Source of the DNA: Bacteroidales bacterium
GTDB taxonomy: Bacteria; Bacteroidota; Bacteroidia; Bacteroidales; FEN-979
Direction of reading: 5' to 3'
Assembly (NCBI GenBank): GCA_028706295.1
Contig: JAQWBQ010000005.1
Location: forward strand, 11,395 to 75,394
Length of the DNA: 64,000 bases
A program made the position numbers and the translations under genes. The notes beneath the pieces are model-generated. The model searched no databases, was not told where the DNA came from, and saw only the letters and a program-made list of their open reading frames with translations. Below, piece after piece: positions 10,020-20,059 of this stretch (positions within the stretch are counted from its first letter, which is position 1; each line of letters begins with the position of its first letter).

Positions 10020-11120
10020 TTAAGTGAGGTGACTAAGCGGTAAGGTAAAAGTCCTGTGTTCGATTGAGATTCGGTTAAAAAGATGGAGGATCCGGTCGGG
10101 GCTGGTGTCGGTGACAAAAACCTGACCGAAGCTATCGTCACTGACCAGCTTTAAGAGCTGGGCGACCCTGAAATCGTCGAGCTTGTCGAAGATATCGTCA
10201 AGCAACAGGATGGGCTTGAATCCCTTGATATTTCTGGTGTACTCAAACTGGGCAAGCTTGATTGCAATGAGAAAGGATTTCTGCTGACCCTGTGATCCGA
10301 ACTTCTTCACGGGATAACCATCAATCAGAAAAACCAGGTCATCCTTGTGAATACCTGCAGTTGAAAATCCTGCTGCCCTGTCGGAGGGTAAGGCCGCGCG
10401 TAATACATCTTCGAACTGTTCCGTTCCGACCTGGGAGGAATAGACGATTTCGACCTTTTCAGCCCCACCGGTTATCAATTCAAAATATTCCTGAAACAAG
10501 GGTTTCATTTGTTCAATAAAGCTGAACCGTCGTGTATGGATCCTCCCGCCGGCTGCAACCATCTGCTCGTCCCATATTTCCAGAGCGGCAGGTTCAAAGA
10601 AGCCTTTGTCAACAAACGACTTTAAAAGTGCATTGCGGTGTGCTACCGCCTTATGATACAGAATCAGATCATCGAGGTAGATTTTGTCGAATTGTGAAAT
10701 GACACTGTCAATGTACCTTCTGCGCAACTCGCTTCCGTCGTTAATCAAATCACGGTCGTAAGGGGATATCATTACCAGCGGAAAAAGGCCGATGTGATCC
10801 GACAGCCTTTCGTATTCCTTTTTATTGATCAGAAAACGCTTTCGCATCTCGCGTTTCTGTATGCACTGGATCAGGTCGCTTGAACCATCATTCCGGGTAT
10901 AGGTACCGTGTAATGCAAAAAAGTCATCTCCATGCCTGATATTCTGAATATCGAGGCTTGTGAAGAAACTCTTGCAGAAAGATAGATAATGGATGGCATC
11001 CAGTAAATTGGTCTTCCCCACCCCGTTATTCCCGACAAAACAGTTGATGTTCCCCGAAAAATCGAATTCCGCGTGTGCGTAATTTTTAAACCCGGACAGG
11101 ATCAACCGTTGCAGAATCAT
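10020..11120 (-). CDS. recF: DNA replication and repair protein RecF
   Basis: 366 aa. Walker A GNNGVGKTN, signature FGSQGQQKS, Walker B LLLDDIF. Confidence 0.9.
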   Translation of the reverse strand: MILQRLILSGFKNYAHAEFDFSGNINCFVGNNGVGKTNLLDAIHYLSFCKSFFTSLDIQNIRHGDDFFALHGTYTRNDGSSDLIQCIQKREMRKRFLINKKEYERLSDHIGLFPLVMISPYDRDLINDGSELRRRYIDSVISQFDKIYLDDLILYHKAVAHRNALLKSFVDKGFFEPAALEIWDEQMVAAGGRIHTRRFSFIEQMKPLFQEYFELITGGAEKVEIVYSSQVGTEQFEDVLRAALPSDRAAGFSTAGIHKDDLVFLIDGYPVKKFGSQGQQKSFLIAIKLAQFEYTRNIKGFKPILLLDDIFDKLDDFRVAQLLKLVSDDSFGQVFVTDTSPDRILHLFNRISIEHRTFTLPLSHLT

Positions 11121-11121
11121 A

Positions 11122-12006
11122 TCACTTGCCGTATTTCATGATATTCTGACCAATTTCCTCCATGAGCCACATGGGAGTCGAAGTTGCGCCACAGATACCG
11201 ACCGATGCGGCATCCCGGAACCATAAAGGATTCACGTCTTTCAGTGCGGAGACCAGGTACGTCTGTTCATTCACCTCTTTGCAAACCCGGTAAAGGATCA
11301 TCCCGTTCGAGCTTTTTTGGCCGCTCACAAAGATAACAACATCAAACCGGGAGGAAAAATCGCGTAGATGTCCGGAACGGTTGGATACCTGCCTGCAAAT
11401 ACTGTCATTCCATTTGAAATCGATCTCCCTGCCTCCTGATGCTTCCTCCATCCGGGTCCGGATCATCTGCACAATCCGGTTGAACCCTTCTACACTCTTC
11501 GTTGTCTGACTGTAAAACCTGACAGGCCGGGAAAAATCGATCCGGGGCAGGTCGTTCTCATCTCCGATAATGATGGCCGTACCGTTGGTCTGTCCCTTGA
11601 GCCCATTCACCTCGGCATGTCCTTCCTTCCCATAAATCACAATCTGCCCGTTTTTCCGGTTCATTTCAAGATACCCCTGACGGATCGAATTCTGTAGATG
11701 AAGCACGATCGGACAGGAAGCATCAATCAACTCCAGGTTATTTTTTAGTGCGGTTTGATAGGTTTCCGGAGGCTCGCCGTGCGCCCGGATCAGAACTTTG
11801 GAGTTGCTCAGGCTGCCAAGTTGTTCGTGGTCGATAATCACCAATCCCAGGCTCTTAAGCCGGTTTACCTCCATATTGTTGTGGACGATGTCGCCAAGAC
11901 AGTAAAGAACGGGACTCTTTCTCAGTTCCCGTTCGGCCACTTCAATGGCATACACCACGCCAAAACAAAACCCTGAATGTGGATCAATGGTTACCTGCAG
12001 ACTCAT
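11122..12006 (-). CDS. ispH: 4-hydroxy-3-methylbut-2-enyl diphosphate reductase
   Basis: 294 aa. GFCFGV, IVHN and SSN motifs with conserved Cys positions of IspH/LytB. Confidence 0.9.
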   Translation of the reverse strand: MSLQVTIDPHSGFCFGVVYAIEVAERELRKSPVLYCLGDIVHNNMEVNRLKSLGLVIIDHEQLGSLSNSKVLIRAHGEPPETYQTALKNNLELIDASCPIVLHLQNSIRQGYLEMNRKNGQIVIYGKEGHAEVNGLKGQTNGTAIIIGDENDLPRIDFSRPVRFYSQTTKSVEGFNRIVQMIRTRMEEASGGREIDFKWNDSICRQVSNRSGHLRDFSSRFDVVIFVSGQKSSNGMILYRVCKEVNEQTYLVSALKDVNPLWFRDAASVGICGATSTPMWLMEEIGQNIMKYGK

Positions 12007-13070
12007 TGCTTCTTGGTAAATTCCTGCAAATTTACGGCAATGGTGATATAATTCGGATTGGGGGAGCCCGCCTGGAAAATTCCCCGGGTATAACTCAGAT
12101 TAAACATCTTGACGCGAAGGCCGACTCCTGCTGAAAATCCTGCCAATCCTGCCTTTCCCGATAGTTTCAGTTCCTGGCGGCGCTGATAATTATAACCCAG
12201 CCTGACGGCCACGACCTTCGCAATGGTCAGTTCAGCACCAAGAACGATATGGCGCATGACTCCGTCGGCGATCTTTCCCATAGTGGTCTTTTCTTTGGTC
12301 TCACCGGTTATCGGATCGGGTTGGTTCGAAGGATCGGATGGATCATCATAAGTCAGATCCCACTTCTGAAGGTTGGTGATTAATTGTGAAAATCGCAGGG
12401 GTATGTGCTTAAGTTGTTCACTTAACCCGATCTGAAGCTCAAACGGAAGCGGGTCGCGGGTTCCCGGCAGATAGGGAACAACCTGGAATCCGATGTTTCT
12501 GCCGATCAGAGAAGCTGTAAAGGATTTGTCTTTTGAAATATAGGTACCCGCCACATCTACAGCTATACCGAAAGAATTATAAGTCTCGAGCTGGGAGTAG
12601 ATCAGCTTGCCGTTGGCGCCGATTGAGAAGATCGGCGATAGTTGCCTTCCCCATCCTATGTTTAAGGCATATTCCGATGCACTGAACTCACCCGTCAGAT
12701 TCCCCGTTGCATCAGCGCCCTGAAACGTGCCATAGTTGACAAACTGCAGGCTTCCGACAAAACTGCCTGCCTTCTGGAAAGTTCGGGAATACATGATAAA
12801 CCCGTAATTCACACCACCCGGTGTATTGACATAACTGAGGGCCAGATTGTTGTGCATCTGCGGCGTGATCAGCGAAGGATTCGCCTGTGTCAGGGTGATA
12901 TCATTATCCTGAATCGCCAGAAAATTTCCTCCCAACGCCGCGATCCTTGCCGAATTAGGTGTTCCGAGAAACTTAAAGGTTCCGTCGCCCCCGATTTGAG
13001 CAAAAGCAGGCAAGGAGACAAATAAGATCAGAATAATAAAATGGGGTAGTTTTCGATGTATGGAATGCAC
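12003..13070 (-). CDS. porQ: Outer-membrane beta-barrel protein, PorQ-like (type IX secretion)
   Basis: 355 aa. Signal peptide ...LPAFAQ and alternating beta-strand pattern through to the C-terminus. Adjacent to ispH, as I recall for the Porphyromonas porQ region. Family call is by recollection. Confidence 0.5.
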   Translation of the reverse strand: MHSIHRKLPHFIILILFVSLPAFAQIGGDGTFKFLGTPNSARIAALGGNFLAIQDNDITLTQANPSLITPQMHNNLALSYVNTPGGVNYGFIMYSRTFQKAGSFVGSLQFVNYGTFQGADATGNLTGEFSASEYALNIGWGRQLSPIFSIGANGKLIYSQLETYNSFGIAVDVAGTYISKDKSFTASLIGRNIGFQVVPYLPGTRDPLPFELQIGLSEQLKHIPLRFSQLITNLQKWDLTYDDPSDPSNQPDPITGETKEKTTMGKIADGVMRHIVLGAELTIAKVVAVRLGYNYQRRQELKLSGKAGLAGFSAGVGLRVKMFNLSYTRGIFQAGSPNPNYITIAVNLQEFTKKQ

Positions 13071-13131
13071 GATAGCTTTCTGTTTTTTATTTGTAACGGG
13101 ATTCCTGACAAAATATTTTGTCCGGCTGATA

Positions 13132-14139
13132 TTAAGTCATCAGGCCCCTTCCGGTTTTTATTATCCTTTTCTCCGCTGTCAGATCCGTGACCAGTTTGTC
13201 AAGTATTCCATTGATGAAAAGCTTACTCTTCTGGGAACTGAATTGCTTTGATATTTCAATGTACTCATTCAGGGTCACCTTTACGGGGATTTGTGAGAAA
13301 CAGGTGAATTCAGTCAATGCCATTTTAATCAGGATGATGTCGGTCAGGGCAATCCGGTCAATCTCCCAGTTCTTTGTCCGCGCATCAATCAACGCGGTGG
13401 AAGATTCACTGTTCAGCACCGTTTTCCTGAAAAGCTCGACAATGAACTTATGATCCTCTTCCGGATCATCTACCTGATCATGGGTGAAAACCGATGATAT
13501 CGGCTCAGCAGATGAAAATCCGGGTGTAAGTTGTTTGATGGTTTTTAAAACAAAAATGGCAGCGACATCAAAATCATCATACCAGAAAATATTTCTTTCT
13601 TCACAGTAATACTGCAAGTCAGGCGATTTAGCAATGTACTTCCTGAATAACCGCTCCAGGAATTCCTGATCCTCCTGGTAGGAACGGGTTTCCGATTGCA
13701 AATATTCCTGGTGGTCCTTGCCGGTCTTAATCTTCTGATAAACCTTCCGGACCATCTCCTGCTCTTCGGTCCATGAAATTTTATACTTTGAAATATTCCG
13801 GGAAAGGTCGGTATTTTCCTGAAGTTGCCTGATGAGAAGGTTCTCCATCAGTTTGTAACTGGGATTCAGCTCCTGTGGAGTCGGGAAGAATTTTGTCTTT
13901 GCCTCTTCAAGCCTGTAACCGTAAAAGTGGATAACTTCCAGTAGAAATGAGAGCTGGAGGTAATAAAGCTCATGTACTTTTTCGATACTGTTCAGTAGGT
14001 TTTTTTCAGCAACTTCGATCCGGTCTTCACCTCCCTGAAACCAGGCATAAAGTGCCTGAAGAACTTTTATGCGATAATGTCTTCTGCCGATCATGGGCGG
14101 GTTATGATAAAGAACATACCATTCAATTTTGGCCCGCAA
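13132..14139 (-). CDS. nusB: Transcription antitermination factor NusB (long Bacteroidota form)
   Basis: RRHYRIKVLQALYAW at the N-terminus and ...INGILDKL near the C-terminus. The start may instead be the Met at 14094. Confidence 0.75.
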   Translation of the reverse strand: MRAKIEWYVLYHNPPMIGRRHYRIKVLQALYAWFQGGEDRIEVAEKNLLNSIEKVHELYYLQLSFLLEVIHFYGYRLEEAKTKFFPTPQELNPSYKLMENLLIRQLQENTDLSRNISKYKISWTEEQEMVRKVYQKIKTGKDHQEYLQSETRSYQEDQEFLERLFRKYIAKSPDLQYYCEERNIFWYDDFDVAAIFVLKTIKQLTPGFSSAEPISSVFTHDQVDDPEEDHKFIVELFRKTVLNSESSTALIDARTKNWEIDRIALTDIILIKMALTEFTCFSQIPVKVTLNEYIEISKQFSSQKSKLFINGILDKLVTDLTAEKRIIKTGRGLMT

Positions 14140-14187
14140 AGCTACGGATTTAATAAGAAATAAAGTTTTGTTTTCAAATAATATTTA

Positions 14188-14195
14188 TATTTTTG
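14188..14195 (+). promoter_or_regulatory. -7 promoter box (TATTTTTG)
   Basis: Matches TAnnTTTG, 52 nt upstream of the ATG at 14247. Confidence 0.35.
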
Positions 14196-14246
14196 CGTTC
14201 GCTCTATGAACGTATAATGACTTTTAAACCTTAACACTACTCAATA

Positions 14247-14630
14247 ATGGAAGAAATTGATAATAAGGATCGTGACAGGGGTGAAATCTTTTCCCGGGCA
14301 GTACGGGCTGGCAAGCGGACATATTTCTTTGATGTCAAATCGACAGTGGGCGAAGAATACTATATAACCATTACTGAGAGCAAGAGGCGTTTCAACAACG
14401 AACAGGGAAAGTTCTTTTATGAGAAGCACAAACTCTTTTTATATAAGGAAGACTTCGAAAAATTTACCAACGGACTCAGTGATGTCATCGAATTCATTCG
14501 TACCGGAAAAGCGCCCTACCGCCCGGAATCAGAACAGGATGCTGCCGATGACAAGGATGTGAACCTGAGCCTGGGCCACTCCTCCCTGCAATTCGAGGAT
14601 CTGACAGCCGACTCCGATAACCGGCCATAA
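14247..14630 (+). CDS. DUF3276 (PUR-alpha-like) nucleic-acid-binding protein
   Basis: 127 aa. EIFSRAVRAGKRTYFFDVKSTVGEEYYITITESKRRF is characteristic of the Bacteroidota DUF3276 family. Confidence 0.7.
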   Translation: MEEIDNKDRDRGEIFSRAVRAGKRTYFFDVKSTVGEEYYITITESKRRFNNEQGKFFYEKHKLFLYKEDFEKFTNGLSDVIEFIRTGKAPYRPESEQDAADDKDVNLSLGHSSLQFEDLTADSDNRP

Positions 14631-14714
14631 AGCCGGCTTCTTCCTGCACCTTTCACCAGGGTGACATACTTGTTAAAACTTTTCAACATCCTTTATGATC
14701 TGGTCATTTCACTG

Positions 14715-14722
14715 TAATTTTG
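14715..14722 (+). promoter_or_regulatory. -7 promoter box (TAATTTTG) upstream of parA
   Basis: Matches TAnnTTTG, 20 nt before the ATG at 14742. Confidence 0.4.
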
Positions 14723-14741
14723 TGATCGCAGAAATTTTCTC

Positions 14742-15545
14742 ATGGGTAAAGTAATTGCAATAGCCAACCAAAAAGGTGGAGTAGGAAAAACAACGACAGC
14801 GATTAACCTGGCCGCTGGTCTGGCTGTTCTGGAACACAAAACCCTCATTATTGATGCTGATCCGCAGGCAAATGCCACTTCCGGCGTAGGATTCGATCCC
14901 CGGAACATCAAAACCAGCATCTACGAATGCATCATCGACGATGTTGAACCAGGAAATATCATCCTGAACACCTCCACCCCTTACCTCGACCTCCTGCCTG
15001 CTCATATTGATCTGGTCGGCGCCGAAATTGAGATGATCAACCTTCCCAACCGGGAAAAAATGATGCGAAAAGTGATCTCCCAGATCAAAGAGACCTACGA
15101 TTTTATTATCATCGACTGCTCCCCATCACTCGGACTGATCACCATCAACTCGCTTACAGCCGCAGATTCTGTCATAATTCCGGTTCAGTGCGAATACTTC
15201 GCGCTGGAAGGCCTCGGTAAGCTCCTGAATACGATCAAAATTGTACAGACCAGGCTGAATCCGGGTCTTGATATCGAAGGGATCCTGCTGACTATGTACG
15301 ACAATCGGCTGAACCTTGCAAAACAGGTTGTCGATGAAGTAAAGACCCATTTTCAGCAAATGGTTTTCAGAACCATCATCACCCGCAACACCAAGCTCGG
15401 TGAAGCCCCCAGTTTCGGTGTCTCCATTATGATGCACGATATCAACAGCACCGGCGCCATCAACTACCTGAACCTGGCCAGAGAGATCCTCCAGAAGAAT
15501 GATTTAACAAAATTGACCAACGCTGAAAAGGAGATCCATGTCTGA
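14742..15545 (+). CDS. parA: Chromosome partitioning ATPase ParA
   Basis: 267 aa. Deviant Walker A NQKGGVGKTT. Overlaps parB by 8 nt. Confidence 0.9.
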   Translation: MGKVIAIANQKGGVGKTTTAINLAAGLAVLEHKTLIIDADPQANATSGVGFDPRNIKTSIYECIIDDVEPGNIILNTSTPYLDLLPAHIDLVGAEIEMINLPNREKMMRKVISQIKETYDFIIIDCSPSLGLITINSLTAADSVIIPVQCEYFALEGLGKLLNTIKIVQTRLNPGLDIEGILLTMYDNRLNLAKQVVDEVKTHFQQMVFRTIITRNTKLGEAPSFGVSIMMHDINSTGAINYLNLAREILQKNDLTKLTNAEKEIHV

Positions 15546-16431
15546 TTCGCTTGGAAAAAAGAAAGTCTTGGGCAGAGGCCTCAGCGCATTACTCGATCAG
15601 TCGGGTACAGGCGAAACCTCGCTGGATGTCGCCGCAGAACATGCTACCGGTTCACCGGCACGCATCCCGGTCGACCGGATTGAACCCAACCCGTTTCAAC
15701 CCAGAACCCACTTCAGCGAGAATGACCTTCACGAACTGGCACTATCCATTACCGAATACGGTATTATTCAACCCCTTACCCTGCGAAAAATCGACCAGGG
15801 CCGATTCCAGGTCATCGCCGGCGAACGCAGGCTTAAAGCCGCAATAATTGCAGGACTGCAGGAAGTACCTGCCTATGTCCGACTGGCAAACGATGAACAA
15901 ATGCTCGAAATAGCGCTGGTTGAGAATATCCAGCGCACCGATTTGAATCCCCTCGAAGTGGCCATCAGCTTCCAGCGGCTTCTCGAAGAGTGTAAAATCA
16001 AACAGGAGGACCTGAGCCAGAAAGTCGGAAAAGACCGTTCGACCATTTCTAACTACATCCGGCTTCTTAAATTACCAACTGAAATACAGGTCGCTGTTCG
16101 CGACAACCTGATCAGTATGGGACATGCCCGCGCCCTGATAAATGTTGGCGATGAACGTTCCCAACTGATGATCCTGCAACAAATTCTTGAAGGAAAATTA
16201 TCGGTTCGGCAAGTTGAAGAATCTGTGCGGAACCTTACAACCGGCGTCCCAAATAGACCGGTTCCGAAAACAGAACTCACACCAAAACTCGAACAGGCCC
16301 GATCGTCACTTTCGAGAACATTGCAATCAAAAGTAGAACTTAAACTCCGGAAAACAGGCTCCGGCACCATTACCATCAGGTTCAGATCGGAGGAAGATCT
16401 CGATAGGATCATTGCCAAATTTGAATCGTAG
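15538..16431 (+). CDS. parB: Chromosome partitioning protein ParB
   Basis: 297 aa. Contains the PNPFQPR and GERRLKAA motifs and an HTH region. Confidence 0.9.
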   Translation: MSDSLGKKKVLGRGLSALLDQSGTGETSLDVAAEHATGSPARIPVDRIEPNPFQPRTHFSENDLHELALSITEYGIIQPLTLRKIDQGRFQVIAGERRLKAAIIAGLQEVPAYVRLANDEQMLEIALVENIQRTDLNPLEVAISFQRLLEECKIKQEDLSQKVGKDRSTISNYIRLLKLPTEIQVAVRDNLISMGHARALINVGDERSQLMILQQILEGKLSVRQVEESVRNLTTGVPNRPVPKTELTPKLEQARSSLSRTLQSKVELKLRKTGSGTITIRFRSEEDLDRIIAKFES

Positions 16432-17004
16432 ATGAAGCGCTACCTTACCTTTCTGGTGCTTTTGCCGGTAATCATCTGCTTCCCGACCAGGCTGTCGGCT
16501 CAAAAAGATTCCACATTTACCGAATTGCCTGATTCAATCAAGGAAAAACAGCATTCACCAACTAAGGCAACCCTCATGTCGGCATGCCTGCCTGGTCTCG
16601 GACAGGTCTATAATAAAAAATACTGGAAAGTCCCTATCATTTACGCGGGTTTCGGAGTTCTTACCTACTTCATCTATACCAATGCCGATGAATATATCAA
16701 TTTTAAATGTGCCTACATCGAATCATCCTACGGAAACATGAACGGGAACTACAGCTACCTGGTACAGCGATATTCAAAAGATGAGTTGCTGTCGGCCCGT
16801 GAATATTACCGCCGGAACCTTGAAATTACCTGCCTCCTTACGGCATTGTGGTACGCGCTGAATATCCTCGATGCAACGGTCGATGCACATCTTTATACCT
16901 TCAACATTACCGACAAACTCACCATGAAAGTGGAACCGAAGGTGTTGCCGGTTGGCAAATCTTTTCAATATGCCGGCGGTTTGTCCTTCAGCCTCCATTT
17001 CTAA
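16432..17004 (+). CDS. DUF5683-like membrane protein
   Basis: 190 aa with a signal/TM segment. Its position immediately after parB matches the usual Bacteroidota synteny. Confidence 0.5.
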   Translation: MKRYLTFLVLLPVIICFPTRLSAQKDSTFTELPDSIKEKQHSPTKATLMSACLPGLGQVYNKKYWKVPIIYAGFGVLTYFIYTNADEYINFKCAYIESSYGNMNGNYSYLVQRYSKDELLSAREYYRRNLEITCLLTALWYALNILDATVDAHLYTFNITDKLTMKVEPKVLPVGKSFQYAGGLSFSLHF

Positions 17005-17016
17005 CATTATAACATC

Positions 17017-17751
17017 ATGAAAATCGCAATTATCGGATACGGGAAAATGGGTCAGGAGATCGAAAAACTGGCGATTAAAAGAGGTCATGAAATCCCACTC
17101 ATTATTGATAACCTGGACGATTGGGAATCCGACGGAAGCCACCTCCCCGAAGTGGATGTAGCCATCGACTTTTCAACACCCTCCAGCATCGTGGAAAATA
17201 TCTACAACTGCTTCTCCGCAGGAATTCCCGTTGTTGTGGGTACCACAGGCTGGCTCGACGACCTTGAAAAAGTACGGCAGGATTGTGCAGATCAGAACCA
17301 GACCCTGTTTTATGCTACCAATTTCAGCATTGGTGTGAACCTTTTTTTCGATTTAAACCGGCACCTTGCACGGATCATGTCACAGGTAGAAGGTTATGAG
17401 ATCTCCATCGAAGAAACCCACCATATTCACAAGCAGGATGCTCCAAGCGGAACAGCTATCGCACTCGCCAACGACATCATTAACATCGTCGAAAGTAAAG
17501 AAAAATGGGTCAATAACCCGGTTGAAAACCCGGAAGAGCTTGGCATAAAATCATACCGCACCGATAATGCACCCGGAACCCATGTCATTAAATATGAATC
17601 GGATGAAGATATCATCCAGATAACCCACACGGCAAAAAGCCGTAAAGGATTTGCACTGGGGGCGTTGCTGGCTGCAGAATGGATTGTCGGGAAAAAAGGA
17701 TTCTTTGAGATGAAAGACCTGATCGCAGAACAAATATTCAACAAATTATAA
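17017..17751 (+). CDS. dapB: 4-hydroxy-tetrahydrodipicolinate reductase
   Basis: 244 aa. N-terminal GYGKMG Rossmann motif and E.HH..K.DAPSGTA catalytic motif. Confidence 0.9.
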   Translation: MKIAIIGYGKMGQEIEKLAIKRGHEIPLIIDNLDDWESDGSHLPEVDVAIDFSTPSSIVENIYNCFSAGIPVVVGTTGWLDDLEKVRQDCADQNQTLFYATNFSIGVNLFFDLNRHLARIMSQVEGYEISIEETHHIHKQDAPSGTAIALANDIINIVESKEKWVNNPVENPEELGIKSYRTDNAPGTHVIKYESDEDIIQITHTAKSRKGFALGALLAAEWIVGKKGFFEMKDLIAEQIFNKL

Positions 17752-17815
17752 GAAATCGAGCAATTGTGCGTTTTATCTGATGATAACCGCTTAAAGAAAA
17801 AATCGATATACCGCC

Positions 17816-19330
17816 ATGAACCTTTACCTGATCCTTACCATTCTGTTCTTTATCCTGACGCTGGCAGGACTTTGGGGTATCTTTGAAAAATCCGGAAACA
17901 AAGGATGGATCGTCCTGATACCCCTGTACAATTTCTACATCTGGCTTAAAATCATAAAAAAACCGTTGTGGTGGTACATTTTCCTGCTGATCCCCTTCAT
18001 CAACGTATTTGTGGTCCTGTTGATGATCGTCGAAATTCTGAAATGTTTCAAAAAAAACGGGCTCCTCGAACAGGCTGTCGGAGTCCTCTTCCCCTTCTTC
18101 TACCTGCCATGGCTTGCTTTTATTTCGAAGGATCCTTACTTCGATCCCTCGAAACTCAAACCAGCAAAGAAATCTGCCATTCGAGAGTGGGTTGATGCTA
18201 TAATCTTTGCCGTGATTGCAGCCAGCATCATCCGGATTTTCCTCATCGAAGCCTATACCATCCCGACCTCGTCCATGGAGAAAACACTGCTGGTTGGCGA
18301 CTACCTGTTTGTCAGTAAACTCAGTTTCGGCCCAAAAGTGCCCAATACCCCTATCGCCTTCCCCTTTGTCCATCATACCTTACCTTTGACCGAAAATACC
18401 CGGTCCTACCTCGAATGGATCAAACTGCCCTATTACCGCTTCCCCGGATTTGCTGACATAAAAAATATGGATGTTGTGGTTTTTAATTATCCCGATGGCG
18501 ATACCCTATCCTCAAAACTACAAAGTAATGTCAGTTATTACCAGCTCGTTCGTCAATATGGCCGTGAAAATGTATGGAATAACAAGCAATATTTCGGCGA
18601 TATCATTGCCCGTCCGGTCGATAAACGCGAAAATTTCATTAAAAGATGTATCGGAATCCCGGGCGATACAATCCGGATAACCGACAGAAAAGTGTTCATC
18701 AATGGCATTGAGGAAAAGAACCCGGGGAATCGACAATTTAAATATATCGTGAAAACCGACGGCTCACCGATCAACCAGAAGAATTTCGAAAAGCTCGATA
18801 TCACGGAGAATGTCAGCACCGACAACATGGGAATGTACGAATTAACCCTGTCAGATGATGCGCTCGCCAGGCTGAAATCATACAGCAATATCGTCTCCAT
18901 CGAACCGGTAATCGCACCCAGAGACGGATGGGACCCCAACATCTTTCCTTTTGATTCAACCTATCGTTGGAATGTCGATAACTTTGGTCCCGTATGGGTT
19001 CCGAAAAAAGGTGTGACAATTCCCCTTAACATCGGAAATATATGTTTCTACAACAGGATTATCGATGTTTTTGAAGGACATGATCTGCAAATCAAGGATC
19101 AGAAAATATATATCGACGGAAAAGAGTCAGACCATTATACCTTCCAATTGGACTATTACTGGATGATGGGTGATAACCGCCACAATTCGGCCGACTCAAG
19201 GTACTGGGGATTCGTGCCTGAAGACCATGTGGTTGGAAAAGCAGTATTTGTGTGGCTTTCACTTGCACCAAACAAATCTCTGCTCGATGGAAAAATAAGG
19301 TGGGGTAAACTCATGCGATTTGTAAAATAA
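17816..19330 (+). CDS. lepB: Signal peptidase I with an N-terminal multi-TM extension
   Basis: 504 aa. [17 protein letters not shown] (catalytic Ser), KRCIGIPGD and [16 protein letters not shown] boxes. Confidence 0.85.
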   Translation: MNLYLILTILFFILTLAGLWGIFEKSGNKGWIVLIPLYNFYIWLKIIKKPLWWYIFLLIPFINVFVVLLMIVEILKCFKKNGLLEQAVGVLFPFFYLPWLAFISKDPYFDPSKLKPAKKSAIREWVDAIIFAVIAASIIRIFLIEAYTIPTSSMEKTLLVGDYLFVSKLSFGPKVPNTPIAFPFVHHTLPLTENTRSYLEWIKLPYYRFPGFADIKNMDVVVFNYPDGDTLSSKLQSNVSYYQLVRQYGRENVWNNKQYFGDIIARPVDKRENFIKRCIGIPGDTIRITDRKVFINGIEEKNPGNRQFKYIVKTDGSPINQKNFEKLDITENVSTDNMGMYELTLSDDALARLKSYSNIVSIEPVIAPRDGWDPNIFPFDSTYRWNVDNFGPVWVPKKGVTIPLNIGNICFYNRIIDVFEGHDLQIKDQKIYIDGKESDHYTFQLDYYWMMGDNRHNSADSRYWGFVPEDHVVGKAVFVWLSLAPNKSLLDGKIRWGKLMRFVK

Positions 19331-19372
19331 CTAACTTTGTCATAAATATTCACAAAAGCCTTGAAAATCATC

Positions 19373-20053
19373 ATGAAAAAAACACTGATCAGCATCCTTG
19401 TGGCATTTGCCGCTGTTATTGGTTATTCCGGAACCTTCGCCGGCAAACCATTCGAAGGAGTTATTACTTTTAAAATCACCTATCCCGACAGCAAATTCTC
19501 AGAAAGTCAACTTGCCATGTTCCCAAAGCTGATGACCCTCTCCATTAAGGGAAATAAATCGCGTACGGATATGCAAATGAGCGGGGTCAATTCGGTCGAG
19601 ATAACCGACTATGTAAACAAGACCAAAGTGGCCCTGATAAACATGATGGGACAAAAATATGCCATAAAACAATCCACCGCCGACATTGAAAAGGCAATGG
19701 GCGACAATCCGAAGCCCACTGTTGAACTGTCGTCCGAGACTAAAGTAGTCGCCGGCTACACTTGTAAAAAAGCCCTGGTGACAGTCAATGAAGATGGTGT
19801 TAAAAGTACTTTTGAAGCTTATTACACCTCTGAACTCGGGACCAAAATGGCCAATTTCGACAGTCCTGTTTATAAAGATATCGACGGCGTGCTGCTTGAA
19901 TTCGTTTTCAGTTCCAAGGGCATTAACATGAAGTTTACCGCTACTTCCATCGAAAAAAAGAATCTTTCGGCCAAGGATTTCGAAATTCCTTCTGACTACA
20001 CACTGACAACCCAGGAAGAACTTAAAAGCAAGTTTGGAGGAGGGGGAGAGTAA
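19373..20053 (+). CDS. Secreted hypothetical protein
   Basis: Signal peptide MKKTLISILVAFAAV. ATG at 19373 is preferred over TTG at 19361. A TAACTTTG -7 box lies at 19332-19339. Confidence 0.5.
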   Translation: MKKTLISILVAFAAVIGYSGTFAGKPFEGVITFKITYPDSKFSESQLAMFPKLMTLSIKGNKSRTDMQMSGVNSVEITDYVNKTKVALINMMGQKYAIKQSTADIEKAMGDNPKPTVELSSETKVVAGYTCKKALVTVNEDGVKSTFEAYYTSELGTKMANFDSPVYKDIDGVLLEFVFSSKGINMKFTATSIEKKNLSAKDFEIPSDYTLTTQEELKSKFGGGGE

Positions 20054-20059
20054 GTAAAA

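Noticed and set aside
10001-10141. Upstream extension of the DUF721-like ORF
   Set aside because: It overlaps the 3' end of recF by about 120 nt. An internal Met at 10000 gives a size typical for the family.
17738-18376. 212-aa minus-strand ORF
   Set aside because: It is antisense to the 5' part of lepB and shows no motif. This is a shadow ORF.
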